A stretch of DNA of 64,000 nucleotides, taken from positions 334,614,001-334,678,000 of the forward strand of contig CM097883.1 of the NCBI GenBank assembly GCA_044892505.1. The letters run 5' to 3'. The notes under the pieces were generated by a model. The model ran no database searches. It was not told where the DNA came from and worked only from the letters and a program-made list of their open reading frames with translations. Position numbers and translations under genes: made by a program. Origin of the DNA: Schmidtea nova (Eukaryota). Shown here piece by piece: positions 46,775 to 56,573 of this stretch (position 1 is its first letter; each line of letters begins with the position of its first letter).

Positions 46775-47195
46775 ATTGTATATCGTATACGAGATTGCTA
46801 CCAGATATTTGCTGTCCGTCTGCTCCGTTAAGTAGTCTTTTTATTAACATCGTGGTTCCTTGCCAATCCAGATGATTCGATTTTGTTTTGGCTTTTATCA
46901 ATTCTGGCATAATCGGTGCTATTGCATTGTGTAGCATCCTTGCCTTTGTACTAGGTTCGTTTATCCTCCACAAATTCTTTAATTCCGGGTCGATTATCGC
47001 CAACACATCCATTATCGTTTTGGTGAGCCATTCTTCTCCTTGACAGACTTGATTCTCCTCTTTTCCTCTGATTTCTGCGATTTTATCCAGTTTCTTCAAG
47101 CAAATCTCCCATTGCTCTTGTCTCCTTTCTTCCCTTGTCTTTGGGATTGTTGTTGCTGGATCTATCTTTGGTCTTCCTCTTGGTCGTTTCTCCAT
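46719..47195 (-). CDS. 158-aa ORF with AT-hook (KRPRGRPK) and N-terminal half of a Bcl-2-like domain; +1 shift joins it to the polyprotein
   Basis: Overlaps the polyprotein frame; removing one A from the A5 run (plus strand T 46838-46842) fuses the two. Confidence 0.6.
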   Translation of the reverse strand: MEKRPRGRPKIDPATTIPKTREERRQEQWEICLKKLDKIAEIRGKEENQVCQGEEWLTKTIMDVLAIIDPELKNLWRINEPSTKARMLHNAIAPIMPELIKAKTKSNHLDWQGTTMLIKRLLNGADGQQISGSNLVYDIQFANAKPRESEVKSDGKTY

Positions 47196-47256
47196 TCCAG
47201 TTCCGGTTTCTACAAATCTCGTTGCTCTTCCTGTTTCTTCTGTAACATCTCTTCCT

Positions 47257-48459
47257 TTATTTCGCTCGTTGTTCTAACCATCTTTCCATTTCTTGGGTAA
47301 ACTGTGGTTGTTCTTGCTCATCTTCCGAATCGTTCACCATTTCTATGACTACCTCCTGTTCCACTCCTTGATCGTCGATTTCTGCTGGTGACGTTATTGG
47401 CATCTCTATTATTCTGTCAAAAATATTCGCCGTTGGTTTTTGAGTCAACTTCGTTAATTCTTCTATCGCTTCGTCACTGTCTGTTAATATCTCATCCACA
47501 TCATACGCTTCTGGCGGTGTTCTCTCTCTCGTTTTGATTGGTGTTGTCCTTGCTTGTCCCGAACTTGTTCCTGGGGTCATTGTTGACTTCATCGGACTTG
47601 GTGTACTCATGCTTCCTTTCGTTTTCTTTTCCTCTTTAAACTTCAGTGGTTGACCCACTATTTGTGCCACTGTTAACGTATTCATTAGATCCAATTGCAC
47701 TGGTGTCAGCCAGATTTCCAAATTATTATCCAACGATCGTCCTTGATGTTGCAGGTGGAATGGTAGTTCGTACATCAGTTTCTCTTTAATACTTTTCACT
47801 TTCTCTGTTAGCATCACCCAAAACTCTTCTTTTCTTTGATTCGGATACATTATCCTCAAATGTATTTTCTGTGGCGTTTCCTCCGTGAATTCTCTGTTTC
47901 TCCACTTTTTTATTACATCGTCTAGTTGCTCTGGACACCACTCATTAACTCTCTTGTATTCTGCTATCGCTTTGGCTACTTTTCTCAAGTTCGTTATGTC
48001 TTCTCCATTTGAGATTATGAATTGTGCTAAGCCTTTTATTGTTTGTCTTTTTCCCCGAGTATTTCCTCTCAACAGCTCGATCAATTCACTCGTTTTCTGT
48101 TTCTCCAATTCTGCCCATATTACTGCAGTTTCTGGTCCGTCTAAGTCCGTTGGTAGTAACCTCCTTGTTACCATACATATCCGTTTCGTATTCGGTTCAT
48201 ATCTGTCTTCTCCTTCTGGATCTTCTTCATACACGCCTCTTTTCACTTTCCAACATTTCTCTTTGTTATCCCATTGTTTTTCTACTGGCGTCAGTCGTCG
48301 TCTGTTAAGATCCAATTCTCCCAATATGGTCTCCCATTCTGGCTTCATCTGCCAGTTCCGATAGATTTCTACTATCTGTCTCAACTTGCGCATAACGTCC
48401 TCTTGTCGTTGCTTTCTCCCTTCTTCATCTCTTGGTGTTGTTCTTTGCACATCATCCAT
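47257..48459 (-). CDS. 400-aa ORF containing a ubiquitin/SUMO-like domain and an S/T/P-rich tail
   Basis: KIHLRIMYPNQRKEEFWV..KVKSIKEKL..LQHQGRSLDNN..TLTVAQIVG at about 47654-47869; in frame with the upstream ORF across one TAA. Confidence 0.7.
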   Translation of the reverse strand: MDDVQRTTPRDEEGRKQRQEDVMRKLRQIVEIYRNWQMKPEWETILGELDLNRRRLTPVEKQWDNKEKCWKVKRGVYEEDPEGEDRYEPNTKRICMVTRRLLPTDLDGPETAVIWAELEKQKTSELIELLRGNTRGKRQTIKGLAQFIISNGEDITNLRKVAKAIAEYKRVNEWCPEQLDDVIKKWRNREFTEETPQKIHLRIMYPNQRKEEFWVMLTEKVKSIKEKLMYELPFHLQHQGRSLDNNLEIWLTPVQLDLMNTLTVAQIVGQPLKFKEEKKTKGSMSTPSPMKSTMTPGTSSGQARTTPIKTRERTPPEAYDVDEILTDSDEAIEELTKLTQKPTANIFDRIIEMPITSPAEIDDQGVEQEVVIEMVNDSEDEQEQPQFTQEMERWLEQRAK

Positions 48460-48525
48460 TCTGATGACATGTATTGTCTGATAATTATCCCATATGCCGA
48501 TTTTATACGCTCGTCTTTTGTCACG

Positions 48526-49275
48526 TTAATTCAGTAGATGTTCTTTGTATTTTATAGCGATGTCATCCTCGAATTCATCTTCCCGTTCTCGTTGTAATAT
48601 CGTCTCATTGATGACATCTACTATTTCTCCCACTTTACTATCTGGTATTACCTCAATTTGTCTTGTCTCTTCGTTCGGTAATCTCACAGTAATCTTCAGA
48701 TCTGATACCTCTCCTCGTTTAAACATTTCTTTTCCCATCTTTGCAATTAGCTTGTCCGTTTTGAAATTCGAATGCCTCGTTTGACTTGTATCTCGTATGT
48801 TCTCGATACACTGTTTCAAATTCTCATACTCGCTTTTCGTCAATTCCTTTCGATGTTTCTTGATTTGTTGGATGATCTGTTCTATCATCGTATTCAAATT
48901 CTCTGCTAAGATTCTTTCCTTTGCCTCTAGCAACTGAGGTTTTATTCTCATCTCATAACACGTATTCGCTTCTTTGACGATTCCTTGTAAGTTCTCTTCC
49001 TTCTTGGTGTTGCATATAGATAACGTTGTTATTTCTCCTGGCCAGATGCCTGTATCTATCATATGCGTTCTTTTTCTTACCAATCCGTTTTCTGAGTATA
49101 TGAATTTGTCTTTGTACGAGCTTCCCAATCTGTCCTCAACCCATCGATATATTCCATCCGTCATTGGGTTCTTTATCCAGATTCTCGGTGAACACTCGTT
49201 TATCCATATTTGTATTACGTATTCGTTCAGTGGTTCTTTCAATAACTTCTCTATGAACTCTTGTATTACTCTCAC
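48526..49275 (-). CDS. 249-codon ORF after gag; ubiquitin-like domain runs across its stop codon
   Basis: LKITVRLPNEETRQIEVIPDSKVGEI..IKYKEHLLN*RDKRRAYKIGIWDNYQTIHVIR; GTG start overlaps the gag TGA. Confidence 0.65.
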   Translation of the reverse strand: MRVIQEFIEKLLKEPLNEYVIQIWINECSPRIWIKNPMTDGIYRWVEDRLGSSYKDKFIYSENGLVRKRTHMIDTGIWPGEITTLSICNTKKEENLQGIVKEANTCYEMRIKPQLLEAKERILAENLNTMIEQIIQQIKKHRKELTKSEYENLKQCIENIRDTSQTRHSNFKTDKLIAKMGKEMFKRGEVSDLKITVRLPNEETRQIEVIPDSKVGEIVDVINETILQREREDEFEDDIAIKYKEHLLN

Positions 49276-51704
49276 TTCTCTTTCTTGTAACCCTCTTTAT
49301 ACTTCATTTGCCATACTGCTCGTATAAACTTTCGGTATCGTTTCTTGTCGATAAACTCTTCGTTGTGGATTACTTCTAACGCGTTATCCATCAGCTTCTG
49401 AATTTCGTCTTCCCTTACTGACACTGTTTCTATTGTCTCGACTACTTCCATCTTTTTATCCTCGTTTTCCGGTTCCTTTAGCATGTCTCCTGCCAGACTG
49501 CTAACTTCGCTGTCGTCTTCTTCATCTGACAACTCTTGTCTTGGGTGTCTCAGCATCCCAATATGTGCGATTGGTCTCGCTTCGTTTTTGCTAACTTCCT
49601 GTATTAGTTCATTCTCGTTTCCCGTTATTTCAGCTTTTCCCATTCTTTTCTCCAATTCGTCTATTTCTTCCAACCGTCTTCGTCTTATTTTTCCCTTGAA
49701 TATTCGACTGATCCGAGTTTGATGTTTCACTGGTGGTGGGATTTTCTCCGGTTCCACCTCTCTGATGATCATCACGTTTATTTTCGTCTCTGTTACTCCC
49801 ATATCTTCCCATATATCAGTCATCTTTAACTTCACTTCCGGTAAATCTTCTGTTTGTAGGAATGCTTCTCTGGGCAGTTTCGTTACTCCCGGAATCATCT
49901 CATTTACTTTATTGAACAATCTTCCCACTTCTTCTTTTACATCGTATTTGAATCGCCACACGTGATCATTCGGCATGATCACCAACATTCCTCTTTGTTT
50001 GATTCTCACTTCCTCTTCTTGATTCGTTTCTTTTTCTATTTCTTTTTCTGTTTCTGTTTCTTTTTCTACTTCTTCCACTTTTTGATTCTGCTCTGCGGCT
50101 TCTACTTCCTGATTCACTTCTTCTTGTTTCTGCTCTTCGTTTCTTTTCTCTTTAATTTCTAACTCGTCTGACTCATCCTGCTGCTTCTCTTCCATCATTG
50201 CTCGCATCATGTTGATCCTTGGATTTCCCTTTTTTAACTGTTGTAATCGTTGTTGCCTGACTTGTTCTTCTTCTCGTCGTACTCTAGTCCATTCTTGATT
50301 ATGTTTCTGTTGGCTTTCTCTATTTTCTCTTTCGGCCTCAGCTTCTATTAGCTGGATCATGTTTATCTTTGGTTGAGCAGCTTGCTGGCTTCCCTTTGCC
50401 ATGCTTTCGATTATCTCGTGTAATCTGGATACTTCCTGTCTCAACTTGGCTTCTTTTATACTGGCTTCATTTGCACTGCCATTTGGGTTGTTCCGTTGTT
50501 GACCCTGATTCCCATAGCTTGGTCGATTTCCGTAATTCTGTCTATTTCCACTGTTTGACCAACTTCTCTGTTGATTACAGTCTCTTGACATGTGTCCGGT
50601 TTTTCCACATGTGTAACACGTTTTCCCATAACATCGATTTTCTGAGTGACCCTTTTGTCCACACAGTTTGCAGGCTACATTCTGAAAACAATCTTGTTGC
50701 CAATGTCCGTTTTTCCCACACGTCTGACATTGCCTATTCTGCCTGTCATTGTAACTATTTCCTCCATTCGTGTTTACTGTGATATATCCGTTATTCTTCC
50801 TCGCTGGCGGTTCTTTGAACAATCTCTGCGAATGGGGAATACTTTGATTCATGTTTCTTTTTCCTTGTTCTTCGTCTTCTGTCGTTTTTCCCATTACCGC
50901 CGTAATTCTCATGTCATTCATTGCCATATGCAATTCGAATAGGTTGGCTGCTTCCAACGCTTCATCTACTGTTTTACATCCTTTGCATCCCACTTGTGCT
51001 CTGATGTCAGGTCTCCTGAGACCTCGTACGAATAACGCTGTCATCAATTCTTCGTCTACTGGGCTTCCTCTATTGAATGCCAGTTTCGCCAACTTTCTTA
51101 ATTCACTTGCGTACACCGCATTTGACTCATTTCTCCTCTGTTTTCTTGCTGAGAACTCATCGAATGCTTCATTCAGCACTTTGTTTATCCCAAACGTCTG
51201 TTGGAAGAACTCCTTGATCGCTTCCCACGTTCTGGGTGGACTACTTCCAGATCTCTTTTCGATATACAGGTCCAATGCGCTATCTTTCAAGTATAGCGGG
51301 ATTCGATTTGCCAACGTTTCTGCACTCCATCCGCATATATCTACGAATATGCCAAATTCCTTCAGAAACGTGTCCAATCTACTGGCGTCTCCATTGAATG
51401 GTTCGCCCTTGAATTTTACTCTTAGATCCTCTCTGTGGTCACTCATCCCGATTCCACTGTCTTGGAATACTGTACTAGTTTTCTTTGCTTCTGTTTCACC
51501 ACTTGTTTCTGGATTCAACTCCTCTTCTTCACTACTCTCTGTTTCGTTATCTCTTGACTCGCTTCTTGTTCTGTTTTCACTGACTAGTTCACTGTCAATC
51601 GTTTCTACTTCGTTTCGTACTTCTGGATCCTCTGGGGTTTCTTCTTGATTCTCTTTATTACTCGAATTGTCGCTGATTTCTGCTTGTTTGTTCTTTTGTT
51701 GCAC
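49272..51704 (-). CDS. gag: Gag with capsid domain, three CCHC zinc knuckles and long acidic C-terminal extension
   Basis: PFNGD..FL..F..W..LKDSAL..W..F..RKQ..ES..Y..L..FVRGL; CQTCGKNGHWQQDC, CKLCGQKGHSENRC, CYTCGKTGHMSRDC; first ATG at 51446; frame stays open upstream to an in-frame TGA at 51894-51896. Confidence 0.95.
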   Translation of the reverse strand: MQQKNKQAEISDNSSNKENQEETPEDPEVRNEVETIDSELVSENRTRSESRDNETESSEEEELNPETSGETEAKKTSTVFQDSGIGMSDHREDLRVKFKGEPFNGDASRLDTFLKEFGIFVDICGWSAETLANRIPLYLKDSALDLYIEKRSGSSPPRTWEAIKEFFQQTFGINKVLNEAFDEFSARKQRRNESNAVYASELRKLAKLAFNRGSPVDEELMTALFVRGLRRPDIRAQVGCKGCKTVDEALEAANLFELHMAMNDMRITAVMGKTTEDEEQGKRNMNQSIPHSQRLFKEPPARKNNGYITVNTNGGNSYNDRQNRQCQTCGKNGHWQQDCFQNVACKLCGQKGHSENRCYGKTCYTCGKTGHMSRDCNQQRSWSNSGNRQNYGNRPSYGNQGQQRNNPNGSANEASIKEAKLRQEVSRLHEIIESMAKGSQQAAQPKINMIQLIEAEAERENRESQQKHNQEWTRVRREEEQVRQQRLQQLKKGNPRINMMRAMMEEKQQDESDELEIKEKRNEEQKQEEVNQEVEAAEQNQKVEEVEKETETEKEIEKETNQEEEVRIKQRGMLVIMPNDHVWRFKYDVKEEVGRLFNKVNEMIPGVTKLPREAFLQTEDLPEVKLKMTDIWEDMGVTETKINVMIIREVEPEKIPPPVKHQTRISRIFKGKIRRRRLEEIDELEKRMGKAEITGNENELIQEVSKNEARPIAHIGMLRHPRQELSDEEDDSEVSSLAGDMLKEPENEDKKMEVVETIETVSVREDEIQKLMDNALEVIHNEEFIDKKRYRKFIRAVWQMKYKEGYKKEK

Positions 51705-52408
51705 TGTTTTACTTCCTGGTCTTGTCCTCTTCGCTGTTTTTCTTTCTTCTTCTGTTAGGATAGGTTCTGTATCGACCTTTTGTTGCGCTAATTTAGCTGC
51801 TGCTTTTGCCTTTTTTGTTGCTTTTCTTTCTGCTTCTGTTAGGATTGGTATTGTACCTGCCCTTGTTTCGCGTTCCGCAATTTTGTCTATTCCTCAACTT
51901 CTTATATTCTCAACTGATTTTCTACTTCGCTTTTGCTTTGCTTCTTCTTTGATTTGTTTCCTTGGAATTGCTCTGACTGCTAGATTGCTTTGAATTGCTT
52001 GATTGATTTGTTTCCTTAAAACAAATAATCACTTACACGATACGTCCCCGTTATCGTGTTTCTCGTCCCTCTCACGGGTGTAGTCATAATTCATGAAGAT
52101 CCCCATTTTTCCCATTTCCCTTGATTTTAAGTCTATTTAAATTATCTATGCAGTCGTATCAATTATCTATTCTTTATCAAATACACCAATTACTTTTCCC
52201 CAGTTTCCCAATTACTTTGTCGCTCAGCGCTCTTATTATCCCCTTTACTTTTCTCAGGCTTCTCTGGCTCTGAGTTCAAATTTCCCCTTATCTGCCGACT
52301 ACTCTGTTTCTCAACTATTCGCTTTATTTCTTATTCACACTGCGTTTACTACTTCATTTCGATTCTCATCTCTACTCATCTTTAATTCTACTGACATTTC
52401 TCGTTGGC

Positions 52409-52867
52409 CTGCTGGGTTTTCCAGTCAGCGCTTTTAATCTCACCTTTTATCTCGAGCTCTGTTCTCTCAACTTCACTCATTATCTCATTAGCCTGCTGGG
52501 TTTTCCAGTCAGCGCTTTTAATCTCACCTTTTACTGTTATCTCGTTATTCTCGACCACGACTGTCGTTTCATTAGCCTGCTGGGTTTTCCAGTCAGCGCT
52601 TTATTACTCTCCATTTATCTCTTTACTATCGACTTTTAACTGCTCTTTATTTCGATGATCATCGCCTTTGACCTGCTGGGTTATCCAGTCAGCGTCCTCA
52701 GTTTCACCACTTTGTTATTACTCACTTTTATTCTCTCGATCTTTCCTGATCGTTATCATTGACCTGCTGGGTTTTCCAGACAGCGTCTTTACCACTTTAC
52801 TGTCTTAACAAACCGGTTTCATTTTATTCCCATCGAATCTCATGGTCTGCTGGGTTTTCCAGTCAGC
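52409..52867 (-). promoter_or_regulatory. Array of six conserved 21-nt hairpins in the 5' leader
   Basis: ctgctgggttttccagtcagc at 52409, 52493, 52577, 52673, 52764, 52847; spacing 83-96 nt. Confidence 0.75.
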
Positions 52868-53195
52868 ACCCTTCACTTACTCACTTTACTTTACTACTCC
52901 TCTGTATGCATACTTTATCGTCGTTAGGCCACATAATCAGCTTTACTCGCATTTATCAATACCCAGGTGCGCACCTTCAACTCTCTCGTTATTAATTCGG
53001 TTTCTTTCAACCCTTATTCCTCATTATTCGCTATTCATTTTCACTATTCATCATTTATCCTCATTATCACTTATTCATCTCCATTATCGCTTATTGATCT
53101 TCACTATCCGGATAGTTTTATACTTTATTTAGTCCTCATCTGCCTCACTTCGTCGTCTTTCTCGTGGGCTTTTTACTCACTATCTTATTTCAAAC

Positions 53196-53735
53196 GAGAA
53201 CTATGCTCACAGCTGAGAACTATGCTCACTAACGAGAACTATGCTCAATGACGAGAGCTATGCTCAATGACGAGAACTATGCTCACTAACGAGAACTATG
53301 CTCAATGACGAGAACTATGCTCAATGACGAGAACTATGCTCACTGACGAGAACTATGCTCACTGTGGAGAACTATGCTCACTGGCAAAACATGGTTGTTA
53401 TGAGGGTTTTGCTTACTGATGGAAACTCTTTGCTCCGGGGACTATGTTCCCCGATGAGAACTATGCTCACTGATGGTGACTACAGGAATTATGTTTCCTG
53501 ATGAGAACTAAGCTCACTACGATGACTATGTTTATTGATGAGAACTACGCTCACTGATGAGGACTATGTTCGCTGGTCTTGTGTTTATTAATGAGAACTC
53601 TGCTCCCTACGAGATTTATTTTTACGGACGAGAACTATGCTCACTATGATGTTGCGTTTTATGACGAGACCTATGCTCACTAGGATGTTATTTTTATGAC
53701 GAGACCTATGCTCACTATGAGACCTATGCTCACGA
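53196..53735. repeat. 19-bp tandem array (gagaactatgctca + 5 variable nt) with dispersed degenerate copies
   Basis: Ten head-to-tail units 53196-53385, then about eight spaced variants to about 53735. Confidence 0.92.
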
Positions 53736-54428
53736 ACGAAAACTCGAAATATCATCTCTCAGTGATTGCATGTGTTGCTTCGAGATGTTCCTCTCATTGG
53801 TCACTTATGCTTCTTCGGAGAATCTATTGTCGTGTTTCGTTAAGTCCTATCTTTCAAGAACTATGGGCAAATCCTTTCTCTTTAGGACCCCTTTTATCAT
53901 TTCCTTTCTTTCAAGGAATTCATTTAACCTCGAGTTTTCCCTTTACTCGGCTCATCTACTACACCCCTTTATTCTGGTATCTATTTATCGACTTCTCTAC
54001 TTGATTTTACTTTATGCGAGCTGATTACGTGCCTTTCATCATCTACCACATTTCTCTACTCATCTTACTCATTTCATTGCTTTCGGTCTTTACTGATCAG
54101 TTTATCCTCCTATTTTTATAGTTTTTCTGCGCGCGCCTAAACCTCGTTGAGTTGTCCCTACCTTTCACCCCAACCAAAATATATAAAAAGATCGCATTGG
54201 TCCACTGATGCACGATGTGGTGATCAGTCACATCACAAGAGTTTTCCAATATCCGCGATTGGATCCCTTTCTACACATCTCGGGTGAGTTGATCAGTTGG
54301 TTCCCCCCAATGGGTGCTTATCGGACTACTCGTGAGTAGCTCATAATTACTTAGGTCATTTTTACCAAATCATTGTTAAACCCTCATAATTTCAACAACA
54401 ACTGCACTTGTTCAAAACTTTATTTCTA

Positions 54429-54887
54429 TTACAAGTACACTGTTATTTTCTCGGATACGGGAAGGTTGCACATAGGACATCGTTCATTTATTTTACATTC
54501 ATTACAGAATCGAAAATGCCCACACGGCAACAACATTATCTGTATCTTATTCATTTCACAGATATAACACGTCAGATATTGTCTCGTATGTTCGGTTGTT
54601 AGTCTTATCCATTCATCGTGTTTTGTTGTTAACTGTTGCTCTAGCCTGTGGCATTCGATATTCATTTCAGGGTTGTTTAATCTTTCTCTGTACCATTGAT
54701 ATCGTGTTGCGGTATCCACTGGGTTCTTATTCTCGCTTATGCTCATTATCATTTCGGCTCTTTCTGTGTTGTTTGTCGGCTCGTGATATCCTCCTACCTC
54801 GAGTCGTTTTAGCTTTCTCATTATTATCTCCGTTGTCTCGTTGTTTGTTTCGAAAAACGTTTGCATTTCTTTTATTTTGTTCTCCAT
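54429..54887 (-). CDS. 152-aa protein with C-terminal IAP-type C3HC4 RING, in the 5' leader
   Basis: CxxC..PCGH..CxxC..CPxC at the extreme C-terminus; no BIR motif seen. Confidence 0.88.
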   Translation of the reverse strand: MENKIKEMQTFFETNNETTEIIMRKLKRLEVGGYHEPTNNTERAEMIMSISENKNPVDTATRYQWYRERLNNPEMNIECHRLEQQLTTKHDEWIRLTTEHTRQYLTCYICEMNKIQIMLLPCGHFRFCNECKINERCPMCNLPVSEKITVYL

Positions 54888-55411
54888 CCCCTGAATGAAT
54901 TCTCATTAATTTTGTTATCGATTTTTATTTATTTATTTATCATTCCTATTCTATGGTAGCCCTACTGTTCGGTTTTTGCTGTTCTATTTCGCGCCACTGC
55001 GTATCCCCCCGTGTTCTTGAATGTCGCCCCGACATGATCATTGTTAGTTGCTCACACTCATACCATTTTCATGCACACTTTTCAGCATACTTTTACCTTA
55101 CGTCATGCATACTTTTCCTCACTCTCATGCTGTTACTCCACATACTATTCATCATACTTCATTTATCCACATATTTTCACATTCACACTTTCATTCTCAT
55201 GCATACTTTTATCATGCTCATCATTTACTTATTTCACACTCATACTTTTATTTATTATTTTCCAACCCGATTCATTCTTGCTTCAGGACCCTCAAACCCT
55301 CTGTTATTCTTTACTTTACTTTTCCTCGCTAAATTCAATTCATCCCGGTTCATGCGCTCTAAGACTATCCGCCGATATCGAATTCACTTTTTCCCACAAA
55401 GATCGATTTAA

Positions 55412-55429
55412 TTCCCGGCTGAGCCCCCA
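55412..55429 (-). promoter_or_regulatory. Primer-binding site, tRNA-Pro type
   Basis: TGGGGGCTCAGCCGGGAA matches the canonical tRNA-Pro PBS TGGGGGCTCGTCCGGGAT at 15/18 positions; 6 nt after the 5' LTR. Confidence 0.82.
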
Positions 55430-55821
55430 AATTTATGCTGGTGTGTTGGTTTGATGTACAACTGAGATCATTAAGATTTTATACGTTAGGGTGATCTCGC
55501 CAACATAAAAACATTCCCCCGCTGACACCCATGATGTATCCCTAACTACTCATCATGTTGGTGCTGTGTCAACGTTGTGAAATGACAAGGCAGGTGAGCA
55601 ACCTTTCGGCTACTATTCCCTTGTTTATTCACGGGTCCACCACTACCGATAGAAGGTGTCTGTGGATTTCTTTCGGTCCCACTTATGCTCTTTTCCATTG
55701 TTCTAGGGTGATCTACTCTTAGCGCATCTGCAGTTTAAATGAATCCGGGTTTTAGTTACATTCGATTCTCAGACATTCCACAATCAAACAAGACAAGTCA
55801 AATCATTCGTTTACAATACAT

Positions 55822-56421
55822 TTATTTACAATTTAATAACACCGAGGGTCTAATCACATTTAGGAGTTCTTGTTCAGATAGACCACTGAGTAAGTCTACT
55901 TCTATTCCTAGGCGATCGGCATATGCACGTCGCTCTCTCCGCTTTTTCGCTCCTAAGCGATTCCTTCTCTTTGTTCGTTTTGAGCCTGCTGGAATTGTAG
56001 CTGTCACTGCAGTAGCTGTAGCTATGGTCGATGCATTCTCCGTTTGGGTGCTCGTAGTCACCGCTATCGTGTCTACCCATCGATTAAAGGTGCTTGCTCT
56101 GATCCCGGGGCGCAATTGCTCGGTGATGAAATCTTGGGTCGACACCTTTAAGTAATTGGCCAGCTCTAATTTCAAGGCTGCAACCTCTCTGGCATATTCA
56201 TCAGCTACTCGTTCCGCCCTGTATCTAGCTTGCAGGATGGACTTAACTCTCTCTGGGTTAAACCATGTCGTCTTGATCCTCTGGTGCTCATCATTCAGCT
56301 GTCTTAACCGACTCTCCAGAACTCGTGAACGCGCCTTATGTTCTCGCGCCTCTTGCTTGAAATCTCTGTCCTTGGTTTCAGTCATGTCTGTAAATATATC
56401 ATTAATTGTGGTATATGTCAT
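55822..56421 (-). CDS. LTR-encoded 199-aa coiled-coil protein (5' LTR copy)
   Basis: Identical translation to 29699-30298. Confidence 0.7.
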   Translation of the reverse strand: MTYTTINDIFTDMTETKDRDFKQEAREHKARSRVLESRLRQLNDEHQRIKTTWFNPERVKSILQARYRAERVADEYAREVAALKLELANYLKVSTQDFITEQLRPGIRASTFNRWVDTIAVTTSTQTENASTIATATAVTATIPAGSKRTKRRNRLGAKKRRERRAYADRLGIEVDLLSGLSEQELLNVIRPSVLLNCK

Positions 56422-56573
56422 TTGTCTGATCTCTCGGTCATCCTGTCGCCATTAAACAACTCCACCTTATCATCATGCTATTCTTATACACTCGAAAACA
56501 AAACAAGACCGTTCTCACACAAATACATATATTTTTATATCTACGACAATCATTCTAGTTCGGGTTGTGTTGA

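Noticed and set aside
33483-51993. Numerous plus-strand ORFs rich in F/L/S (e.g. 50851-51648, 47885-48364, 34073-34564)
   Set aside because: Antisense shadows of the A-rich minus-strand coding sequence; no domain motifs
52409-53735. CRISPR-like appearance of the hairpin array and the 19-bp array
   Set aside because: Eukaryotic retroelement leader, no cas genes; spacers are 5 nt or 60-75 nt and partly homologous to one another
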